A stretch of DNA of 64,000 nt from Lingula anatina (taxonomy: Eukaryota; Animalia; Brachiopoda): contig CM120641.1 of the NCBI GenBank assembly GCA_051362555.1, positions 18,786,001 through 18,850,000 of the forward strand, written 5' to 3'. How positions within the stretch are numbered: position 1 is the first letter of the stretch; every line of letters begins with the position of its first letter. Below the pieces are notes generated by a model that worked only from the letters and a program-made list of their open reading frames with translations, was not told where the DNA came from and made no database searches. The position numbers and the translations under genes are program-made. Shown in pieces: positions 12,101 through 22,186 of the stretch.

Positions 12101-15100
12101 AAATAAAGATCGATAAATAAGTATATAACATTATTCAATTTGAAGTTACACCATCTTAATTGTACCACCAGCGTTAGCGCTGGCGGTACACATGGTTTCT
12201 GTCCCGTCCGGATTGTTCCGCCTGCTCCGCCGGACGGCTACCGTTACCGCTTCTCCTCCTAGACGGTAAGGGCCCCCGTACCCATCTCTTGGATTTAGGT
12301 CACCTATAATCTCAACTCGTTCCACGTAAAATTTGGGCTTTGTCGGTATTGGGGTCTGGGTGTGGCACTCATTGCAATGCACCCTTGTCCAAAAATGGCA
12401 AAATTAAATGCTAATTATCTACCCTACGGAAGGGGTTATGGGAAAAATTTCTACAGACGGCTTTCCAAAAGTCATATGTGTAGATTTCAAATATGCCCTT
12501 GGATTTGACCTTTGACCTTTACTTCAAGGTCAAACAGGCCAAAATTTTCAAAAAAATAAAATTTTTTTACGAAAAAAATTTCTTTTGCCCTGTTATTCAG
12601 ACAACACACAGACTTAACCAATAATATTATTGGAAAGTGTTACCCTTCAGGTCATCTTTCATCTCCGTGAATTTGGGGTCAATCGGTGCATTTTCATGGG
12701 AGTAGCGGCCATAAGATGCCGAAACTGAAAACTGTCTCTAATTCAGGGACCGTTAATGCTAGAGACCCATTCTTTTTTGCATTTTGTAGAGCATGTAAAG
12801 CCCAACACTGGAAGTGGTCTCCGTTTTTTTGTATTCCAAACGGTTTTGGAGTTACACTATCAAAAAGTACATATTGGTGGTGAAAGCAAAATGTGCAGTA
12901 CGGTAGGGCGGCTAAGCCAAAAAATTGTGCAATAGATGATAAAAGCATGAAACTTTCCACGATGAATGACCATTGGGTGTTTGTCTATTTTGGATCGGGG
13001 GGCAACTCCAAAATTCATTAGTACTCGGATGAGCAGCTTTCTTAAATATTCATCGTGGAAAGTTTCATGCTTTTATCATCTTTTGCACAATTCTGGATAT
13101 AATTTTTACTAAACCGCCTGACTAGTAAAGGATGATAAATTTTGAACTCTGGAAAAATAAAACATAAGGCTTGGCAAAGCAGACAACTTGTGGTCATAAT
13201 TGACATTATTTCATCAAATTTGAACTTTTGGAACTTCAGAGTACTTCCCATTTCAAGAATTTTGACCAAAATGACCTTTTCTTTATTTTAATTAATTTTT
13301 TCTGTAGGAAATTTATGGCACATTATGGGAATTATAACATTTAGTCCCTTATATCTCCAAAACTGGCAGAGATAGGACCATAGTTACTATTGAACTTGAA
13401 TAGGAAGTCATACACTGGCAATCTAAATGTGACCTTGAAATTGACCTTTGACCTACTTTTCACCATGAATTGAACTTTGCAAATTTTGCTTCCCTTTCAT
13501 CTCCAAAACTGGCAGAGATAGGTCCATAGTTACTATTGAACTTGAATGGGAGGTCATATACTGGCAATCTTAATGTGACCTTGGAATTGACCTTGGACCT
13601 ACTTTTCACCATGAACTGAACTTTGCATATTTTGCTTCCCTTTTTTCTCCAAAACTGGCAGAGATAGGTCCATAGTTACTATTGAACTTGAATGGGAAGT
13701 CATATACTGGCAATCTTAATGTGACTTTGAAATTGACCTTTGACCTATTTTTCACCATGAACTGAACTTTGCAAATTTTGCTGCCCTTTTATCTCCAAAA
13801 CTGGCAGAGATAGGTCCAATATTACTATTGAACTTGAATAGGAAGTCATATACTGGCAATCCAAATGTGACCTTGAAATTGACCTTTGACCTACTTTTCA
13901 CCATGAACTGAACTTTGTAAATTTTGCTGCCCTTTTATCTCCAAAACTGGCAGAGATAGGTCCATAGTTACTATTGAACTTGAATAGGAAGTCATACACC
14001 GGCAATCTAAATGTGACCTTGAAATTGACCTTTGACCTACTTTTCACCATGAACTGAACTTTGCAAATTTTGCTGCCCTTTTATCTCCAAAACTAGCAGA
14101 GATAGGTCCATAGTTACTATTGAACTTGAATAGGAAGTCGTACACTGGCAATCTTAATGTGACCTTGAAATTGACCTTTGACCTACTTTTCACCATGAAC
14201 TGAACTTTGCAAATTTTGCTTCCCTTTCATCTCCAAAACTGGCAGAGATAGATCCATAGTTACTATTGAACTTGGATAGGAAGTCATATACTGACAATCT
14301 AAATGTGACCTTCAAATTGACCTTTGACCTACTTTTCACCATGGACTGAAGTTTGCAAATTTTGCAGCTCTTTATTCCCAATGTTGTTCTCGTAATAAGT
14401 CCTTTTAGTTGACAATGCTGTTCGCCTCAAGCAAAACTAGCAATTTTATTTCACACTGAGTACTCAGGTACAATATGCTTGTGTGGCAATGGAGCAAGTT
14501 TGTTATGAAATTTCATATTTCACATAGTCTTAAGTGCTATATGGATAAAAAAGTGGTCAAACACTGTCATTTTCAAGATGTGATATTTCACTCCGATTCA
14601 CCTGAATCTCTGTACAAGTAATATTTTCAGTATTTTCACATTGGTGTTTATGCCCTTAAGCATTATAAAATGTAGTACATATTACTTTATGCACTGTCAT
14701 CATTTTTCACATATTGGGATTTTCTTTATGTGAATTTGAACTGTCATGATCCTGAAACTATATTTTTATTGTCCATGTTACCTGGTGTGCATGATTTAAA
14801 TTTGGTGTTGATTGAGTGTGCTGTCATAAGCATCATTTATTATTGCATCAAAATTGACAAAATGACCTATTTTCTGCTTTTTGTCTGCACATTTGACAGC
14901 TTTTATGTCTGTGTGTTGTTGCACTGTTTTTCTGCATTTGGTGTCTTGTTTCTATGTTTGTCATGTTTTGTTCATGACAACAATTTTTTTTAGGTCACCA
15001 GTAAAGGGTAACAAACCGTTTATGAGACAGGGGCGATTATGTCCAAAGAACTCAACAGTTCTCTTTACATCCCAGAACCTAGATATTGCTGAAGTTATTC

Positions 15101-17832
15101 CCCCTGATTTATCCAGGGTTACTGCTGCAAGTGAAATGACAGACATTTGTGGTGATGGTAACTTTCAACTTTAAATTGTCAGTGCTGCATCAACATCAAT
15201 TCAAATGTTTTTTGTTAATTTAAGTAAACTCATTAGTTGTTTTTCTGTATTAGATGTAATTTACTTTAAAAACATTAACTTAATTGTTTCAGTGATTTTT
15301 TTATAGATGCAAAAGAATTTAAGGTGTGGCATGTTAGAATAACTTGGTATTCAAATTGCATCTGCCTTTTTAGAGGGAGAGGACCAAGAAGAAATAACTC
15401 TTGAGGCTCCAGAATGTGATGCTCCAGTTGAGGTAACATGTCAGTTAACATCGTAAAGCAATTAATTACATGAAGACAACAGAGTGAACATGGATATTAT
15501 GAAAATACTGAATGCAATTCATTTTCATGACAAGTGCTTCATCTGTGTATAGGAATATAATGAAAGTCTGAGATGCAAGGTGCTAGAAAAAGAAAATTAT
15601 GACCAGAATAAAACCCAAGAATCCCTAGTACAGAAAAGGCCAGGAAGAAAGGTATGAGTCATCAGATACTTATTAATAAGTAGTAATAAAAAAGATCTAG
15701 TCTATGTGAAATTATATCAAGATTTTATTTCTTAAATTAATAAACTGGATAAGATAATTAGATTAAAGAATTTTGCAGGTACAGTATTTAACTCCTCCCT
15801 TTTATTGTTATTGCAATTTTATTAACAGGCCCTAGGTAATATTTCATATTTAAGCCTAGTTTCTCAATTTTTGCCGAGTGAACAACAAAGAATAGGTAAA
15901 CCCAGAACCAAACTAAATCCAAATTCAGAGACTGTGAATCCTCTTGAAGACAAAGTGGAAACTACTAGAACAACATTTACAGCACCATTAGCAAAAGTGC
16001 AGAGAAAGGTTAAAAAAAGAGGCATATTTATATTGGCATGATTCTTCAGTTTTATTGAGTAAATTAAAACACGATTTCCCATCACTTCAAGAGTGGGAGG
16101 AAAAATATTTTGATTACACATATGACTGTTATCTTGTGCTTTTGTGTATGATGGGTTTGGTAAATAGTTCTTTTGTGGAATTATGGTACAGACAGATAGA
16201 CATATTAGCATTTCATAATGAAGCTAATAGACCACCTACTAGTAACGCATTCTTTTGGTCTTTTAACTTGGCCTCTAAAGCAAATTTAAATTTTCTGAAC
16301 AATATTTTTTATCAGCCCTGATGACAGTGCATGTACTGGTAGCTCATATAGGTTCAGTGTGAATGCATGTCAACTACCCAGTACGTGCATTGTGCAGCAA
16401 CTGGAAAAATGCTTTCAAGTTAAAATTGCGAAGTCGACATTAGGTTAAGTTGGCTACCAATTTAAATTAGCAGTCTGTAAGTTACCCAAAAATTTAAGAC
16501 TTGTGAAACGAGTCCCTGAAAGGCATTCTAAAATTATTTTTGTTAATGTTAAATTACTTTCTACTTTTGAAGAAAATTGTGAAAAATAAGAACAACCAGG
16601 ACAAGTTAGTTGAAGATAGTAACCAAACTTTGCATAATGAACCACAAAGAGTAAAGGAGTTGAAAGCTAAGAGTAAGAACATAAAGTCTGTGAGGGATGC
16701 AAGGAAGCAAAAGTATAAGACTCTTACAGATAAGATGGAAGCAACAGAAAAGAAAGGTGGAACCTCCAGTGAGAGAGATAATCAAGTGCAGGCAAGATTA
16801 GATGACTGATATCATTAAATAATTTACGAAAATGATGCTACCAATGAAAACATAATTATACAATAGCGTCTTTCAAGATATGCAAAAATATAATTACAGT
16901 ATATTGATTTCAGAGAACATTTTTGAAAATTTTCCTATCAATTGTATTGATCAATTATTGAAAACATTATCTCATACTACTAATTCAAAGAGATTTTAAT
17001 TTGCTTTTAGGAAAGTGAAGTGCCACTTAATACTTTAGGCGAGACTCCAGAAGATCATACACAGAATTCACAAAAAAAAGCCCAAAAAAGAAAAAAATCT
17101 GAATTTAAAAAAGTGTGTACGAGAAAGTCTGAAGCAAATCTTGTCTGTGAAGAAACAGTCTGCTCTATAAAGGACAAAACAGCACCATGCAAAAAGAAAG
17201 TGAGGAATTCGAAAAACAAAAATGCAGCACTGGAGGTAAGACTACCAGTAGTACATCAAGGTAAGACTACCAGTAGTTCATCAAAGATTTAGGTTGGAAA
17301 TAAAGTTTCTTTTTTTATACAAAAAGTGGGATAAAGAAGTCTTCAACACTCACACATATATACATATTGTATATATATTTCCAGGTACCTCAGTGTTTCA
17401 TTGAGCTTATGGATTTTCCCTCTATTCCTATGCCAATGAGAAGAAGTTATTTCAAGCTGGACAAAAGACCAGATCAATATGAAGAAGATGGTTAGTAAAT
17501 TATACTAAAATTTGTAACTCTTTTTTAATGCTTTATTGAAACTTACAGTACATTCCAATAATTAGTTTCAGTGTTTTGAACTTTTGAGATGATCAGACTC
17601 TTCATAAGAGGTCATGGACATGCATTTTTAGGTGTTTTTTCTCTTTCAAATTAAAAAAAAAAAATATATATATGTATTGTCTAATCTATTTTAAAGGGTT
17701 CTTTCCCTCACACAATTTATTACTTAAATTTTTACATGCCATATTTAATCCATACTTTACATTCTAACCTTTTTCCTATTTACAGTCCTCTTACAAGATT
17801 TTACATTAACCACTGTAAAGGAAGTGCTCTAA
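156..17832 (+). CDS. Uncharacterised multi-exon, low-complexity/charged protein (5' end outside window)
   Basis: Phase-compatible exons at ~156-266, 928-1092, 1434-1781, 2099-2242, 2950-3072, 3164-3260, 14994-15157, 15374-15432, 15553-15651, 15829-16008, 16573-16791, 17010-17235, 17385-17490, 17786-17832 (ends ...LLQDFTLTTVKEVL*). Exon 3260 (phase 2) joins exon 14994 in frame across an 11.7-kb TE-filled intron. No domain recognised. Confidence 0.7.
3660..4330 (+). mobile_element. Family B non-autonomous Helentron/HINE-like element, copy 1, left part
   Basis: Starts with T-tract plus palindrome TGTACAGATATAGATGTGTCAGTACA and a GTCGTC/GTCGCC-like stretch. 4040-4330 aligns closely by eye with 37780-38080. 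Confidence 0.75.
4902..7830 (-). pseudogene. pogo/Tc2-like (POGK-type) DNA transposon remnant with spliced, disabled transposase
   Basis: Minus-strand exons ~7815-7462 (KRGKYK*YSMAQKRKIVE, HTH), ~7213-6790 (LEEELLTWVLSQ CENP-B HTH; INMDEVP, GAEKKHFMVVLAVTAD), ~6537-5964 (IPGGCTSLAQPLDMSLNKLFK, DDE_1). In-frame stops and frameshifts. TA|CCGTA terminus-like motif at 4900-4906. Confidence 0.85.
5037..5297. mobile_element. PIF/Harbinger-type MITE nested in the pogo remnant
   Basis: ~37-bp TIR GGCCCAGTTTTATAAAGGACGTTTAGCACTAACCAGTG at both ends; 3-bp TSD CAG (5034-36 / 5298-300). Confidence 0.9.
8560..9045 (-). mobile_element. Penelope-like retroelement 3' remnant (GIY-YIG endonuclease), internally inverted
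   Basis: Plus strand ~8910-9040 KDPLDSNEKCGVVYEMEC...YIGETGRSVSERIAEHQ. Minus strand ~8885-8690 RSVNNRDSKSSLSQHEEQSGH...RKVLEAIHIK...LNRNDGG. Confidence 0.85.
9095..10114. mobile_element. Non-autonomous Harbinger-like DNA transposon fragment
   Basis: Right end AGGACGCCGTCTAGTGTAAAGGGGGTT|TAA; partial left TIR GGCGTCCT at 9095; GC-richer subterminal repeats (GAGCGACC, GCGTCC). Confidence 0.5.
10720..11325 (+). mobile_element. Possible highly degenerate LINE (L1/Tx1-like) ORF2 C-terminal fragment
   Basis: Broken frames give SKNFYTDL and YCTVF...DTSRHNLHECPK, resembling a CCHC knuckle; many stops. Confidence 0.3.
11655..12050 (+). CDS. Intronless HIRAN-like domain ORF, probably TE-derived and N-terminally truncated
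   Basis: GERLT...DPYCISV...VSHFPNEISKVCYFF..GGEITVEVTGRQRRS..GSMEVPCLLTF matches the HIRAN-like pattern GE.L...D.YAV.V..VGH.P.EIS..GG.I...VTG..GLEVPC. The usual N-terminal strand is missing. Confidence 0.7.
   Translation: MKGLASGERLTIDFDDKVGKRVDPYCISVKRQDLKSTTKNFITVSHFPNEISKVCYFFVMSGGEITVEVTGRQRRSKSSKGSMEVPCLLTFSSQNAKMMRKLKRLLGETSLLVKPAVFLYQRPLIFRATSE
12904..13124. mobile_element. MITE (Academ-like TAG...CTA termini) inserted in family A copy 1
   Basis: Long TIR core AATTGTGCAA.AGATGATAAAAGCATGAAACTTTCCACGATGAAT; absent at the same site (CAGTACGGTAATGG) in copies 2 and 3; GTA duplicated at the junction. Superfamily assignment is tentative. Confidence 0.8.
13355..14376 (+). repeat. 146-bp tandem array, 7 units
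   Basis: CTCCAAAACT(G/A)GCAGAGATAG recurs at 13355, 13501, 13647, 13793, 13939, 14085, 14231. Confidence 0.95.
14450..14912 (+). mobile_element. Family B element, right part (3' end)
   Basis: 14778-14812 matches 38902-38936. CTGCTTTTTGTCTGCACATTTGACAGCTTT matches the 3' end of copy 2 (38998-39027). Both give FLLFVCTFDSF in the ORF track. Confidence 0.7.
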
Positions 17833-19249
17833 ATATATTTACTGCAGGCAAAGAGAAGTCTAAGATGCCACTACCAGTTACACATCTGAACTGTATATTT
17901 TGAAAAGGACGGAGACTCCAAATCTGAGTAATAAGTAAAGGCTTTTGATATGGAGAAGAGAATAAATTATTTCAATAATTATAATTTAATATTTGAACCA
18001 CAGGGTCTCTGTTTGAATAGCATTTCACAACTGAGCCAGGAATGGGTTCTAACCAGGATGATTAATCAAAATTATTTCAGTGAATTGTAACGATATGTTA
18101 TTTGTATAGAGAAGTCCTTTTTTATGTATAATAATATAATATAATATTATGGGAAAAATGGGTGTATATCTATGTATCTCTTGTTATGTTCTTATTATAT
18201 TAAATTAAATGTACTGTGATATATTTTGATTAATTCAAGCAGTTTTGTATTGAAGTGCAATTTTTTGGTTACATTTGTAAATCCAACTGCCCTCTTTCGC
18301 TGAGATAAATGATTAATACAGTGTATTTCAGTATTTGATGATGAACAAGGTATTTTGTTTGGTAGCAAGTTTTTGAGATGATAACATTCAGTATTAAATT
18401 TTACTGATCTTTTTGGAGAGTTCATGATCTGTATATGTATAACTATTATATAACAAAAAAGTTTATGTAAAATCTTATATCAGATTCTGCAAAAATTTGT
18501 TTTTCACTCAAAGGAAAACATGGCAGTTTTGTTATTTTTTTTAAATAAAACAAAATTTGTTATTAATTAACATTACTTGATATGAATTAGTTGTCTAAAA
18601 ATTGAGATCAAGTAGAAGGCTGAGGGCTCAAGAAATGCATGGGGAGAGCAATTAAAGAATACATCTGGAAAACATTTTGATTCAGTGTTTTACCAGTGTT
18701 CAATATTATGAATAAAAAATTGAAGCTGGCATTGGTATGAAAGTAGAACTATTAAGAGTAAACTAAAAATTGGTTGATTCTGCAGAATTTTATGTTTATA
18801 ATTTGTCGTCTTTACCTTAAAATGTTATCGTGGTTTTTAATTTACTTTCTTTCCCCAAAATACAAATTCACTAAATATGTCACTCTGTGCTTCCAAAGAT
18901 AAAATTAAATTATATATCTTATAAACACAAAGTGTAGGCAGGATTAATCATTTTATGAATGTAAGTGAACAATGCGTGTAATGGATACATTCTATACACT
19001 ACTACACAGTCTATGTAGAACATTTTAATGTTTCCTACATCATTTCTGCCATGTGCAAGACATATTTTAAACTGCTTTCCTTAACCCTCTTCCACTGCTT
19101 TTAAGTAGAAAAATCATTCTTAAAGAATAGAATTCCAAGTACACCTAATATGCCACGATGTTGAAAAAGTATTTATATCCCTAATGGATGAATAACTGTG
19201 CCTCACACATTGAAGAAATATTGAATTAAAGCAAAATGTATAATTTCTT

Positions 19250-21512
19250 ATTATTGTACCACCAGCGTTAGCGCTGGCGGTACACATGGTTTCGGTCCCG
19301 TCCGGATCGTTCCGCCGGCTCCGCCGGACGGCTACCGTTACCGCTTCTCCTCCTAGGCGGTAAGGCCCCCCGTACCCATCTCTTGGATTTAGGTCACCTA
19401 TAATCTCAACTCGTTCCACGTAAAATTTGGGCTTTGTCGGTATTGGGGTCTGGGTGTGGCACTCATTGAAATGCACCCTTGTCCAAAAATGGCAAAATTA
19501 AATGCTAATTATCTACCCTACGGAAGGGGTTATGGGAAAAATTTCTACAGACGGCTTTCCAAAAGTCATATGTGTAAATTTCAAATATGCCCTTGGATTT
19601 GACCTTTGACCTTTACTTCAAGGTCAAACGGGCCAAAATTTTCAAAAAAATTAAATTTTTTACGAAAAAAGTTTTTTTTGCCCTGTTATTCAGACACCAC
19701 ACAGACTTAACCAATAATATTATTGGAAAGTGTTACCCTTCAGGTCATCCTTCATCTCCGTGAATTTGGGGTCAATCAGTGCATTTTCACCGGAGTAGCG
19801 GCCATAAGATGGCGAAACTGAAAACTGTCTCTAATTCGGGAACCGTTAATGCTAGAGACCCATTCTTTTTTGCATTTTGTAGAGCATGTAAAGCCCAACA
19901 CTGAAGGTGGTCTCCGTTTTTTTGTATTCCGTACGGTTTTCAAGTTATGCTGTATCAGAAAGTACATATTGGTGGTGAAAGCAAAATGTGCAGTACGGTA
20001 ATGGATAATAAATTTTGAACTCTGGAAAAATAAAACATAAGGCTTGGCAAAGCAGACAACTTGTGGTCAAAAATGACATTATTTCATCAAATTTGAACTT
20101 CTGGAACTTCAGAGCACCTCCCATTTCAAGAATTTTGACCAAAATGACCTTTTCTTTATTTTAATTAATTTTTGCTGTAGGAAATTTATGGCACATTAAG
20201 GTAATTCCAAAATTATAACATTTAGTCCCTTATATCTCCAAAACTGGCAGAGATAGGTCCATAGTTACTATTGAAGTTGAATAGGAAGTCATATACTGGC
20301 AATCTTACTGTGACCTTGAAATTGACCTTTGACCTACTTTTCACCATGAACTGAACTTTGCAAATTTTGCTTCCCTTTTATCTCCAAAACTGGCAGAGAT
20401 AGGTCCATAGTTACTATTGAAGTTGAATAGGAAGTCATATACTGGCAATCTAAATGTGACCTTGAAATTGACCTTTGACCTACTTTTCACCATGAATTGA
20501 ACTTTGCAAATTTTGCTTCCCTTTTATCTCCAAAACTGGCAGAGATAGGTCCATAGTTTCTATTGAACTTGAATATGAAGTCATATACTGACAATCTAAA
20601 TGTGACCTTAAAATTGACCTTTGACCTACTTTTCACCATAAATTGAACTTTGCAAATTTTGCTTCCCTTTTATCTCCAAAACTGGCAGAGATAGGTCCAT
20701 AGTTACTATTGTATTGAATAGGAAGTCATATACCGGCAATCTTACTGTGACCTTCAAATTGACCTTTAACCTACTTTTCACCATGAATTGAACTTTGCAA
20801 ATTTTGCTTCCCTTTTATCTCCAAAACTGGCAGAGATAGGTCCATAGTTACTATTGAAGTTGAATAGGAAGTCATATACTGGCAATCTAAATGTGACCTT
20901 AAAATTGACCTTTGACCTACTTTTCACCATGAACTGAACTTTGTAAATTTTGCTTCCTTTTTATCTCCAAATTTACGCTGTATCAAAAAGTACATATTGG
21001 TGGTGAAAGCAAAATGTGCAGTACGGTAATGGATAATTAATTTTGAACCCCAGAAAAATAAAACATAAGGCTTGGCAAAGCAGGCAACTTGTGGTCAAAA
21101 ATGACATTGTTTCATCAAATTAGAACATCTGGAACCTCAGAGCACCTCCCATTTCAAGAATTTTGACCAAAATGACCTTTTCTTTATTTTGATTAATTTT
21201 TTCTGTAGGAAATTTATGGCACATTATGGTAACTGCAAAATTATAACATTTAGTCCCTTATATCTCCAAAACTGGCAGAGATAGGTCCATAGTTACTATT
21301 GAAGTTGAATAGAAAGTCATATACTGACCATTTTTAATTATATTTTTTTTGTATATTTTGAGAACTCCTGTTGATTGCATTTTATAGAGCTTGTCAAGCA
21401 CAAGACTGGTGATGGTGTCCCTTTTTGGAGGGGGGGGGGTCCATACGAATGCGCTTACTCCAGCTGGTGGTACAATATCCGGAGGCGGTATCGCCTCTCT
21501 GATCCTCTAGTT
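19250..21512 (+). mobile_element. Family A element, copy 2 (complete)
   Basis: 5' subTIR TGTACCACCAG (19255); 3' subTIR CTGGTGGTACA, hairpin GAGGCGGTATCGCCTC, then CTAG|TT (21507-12). 5 full 146-bp units (20236-20965) plus an internal duplication of the pre-array segment. Confidence 0.9.
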
Positions 21513-22186
21513 ACCTTCTTTTCTTTATATCTTTTTTGTTTGGTAGTTTTGTCTTGACAACATATGCACCTGCCTAAATGGCATCTTTCTTGCAAAAAAA
21601 AAAAAAATATATATATATATATCAGTCACCAAACTTAAAGCAATAATAACTCTTTCCTTTGAGATTCAAAATTCCGCAAGAAATACATTGGAAACAATGC
21701 ATGGAAATATATTCTATTGCATTTTACCACTAAAACGGCCGTTATTGTAGTAAAACTAAAATCTGTGCTTGTGAATAGGGCTTTCGATGCCTTTCTTCCC
21801 GGTCGTTAAGGCATCCGTTGCCAATGACGTTGGGATGTCACGCGGATTCTCGCGTTCATTCGAGACCAAAATAACTTCTGGCACGAAAAGCCTGATGCAA
21901 TACGCAGATGTAAGTTGCGAGGTTTGTACAGTGAGTTGGATAATGAAAAGCCCAGAATAGCACACATTGTAGATATAAATGCATTTTGAGCAATAAGACG
22001 AACATATCTTATGAATCTTATATTATTGTTATGTAGTGTTGTTGTTGTCTGCTTTTCCCGCGGTTTTAAGTAGGTCACCAGAGACTATCGCTCAATATCG
22101 GGTGACTATGCAATGTCAGAGTGGGCTCCAATTTTTGGCCAAAATGAAGAGTTATTATGACTTTAAGTGATAATTGGTCTTTGGAA

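Larger units (their letters stand above)
12156..14440 (+). mobile_element. Family A non-autonomous Helentron/HINE-like element, copy 1 (7 x 146-bp array, atypical 3' end)
   Basis: 5' palindrome TGTACCACCAGCGTTAGCGCTGGCGGTACA at 12161; arm near-identical to copies at 19250 and 55490(rc). Confidence 0.85.

Noticed and set aside
12146-12382. ORF ...VERVEIIGDLNPRDGY... occurring three times (also 19120-19476, 55313-55516), and MVKILEMG ORFs
   Set aside because: Antisense reading of the family A arm; non-ATG starts, variable ends and no domain. Recurrence is explained by the repeat.
13355-14376. Regular array resembling CRISPR
   Set aside because: Whole 146-bp units repeat with no unique spacers; eukaryotic context and no cas genes.
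15829-15835. 7-nt micro-exon in gene 1
   Set aside because: The following intron would be 24 nt; the frame reads through openly as one exon.
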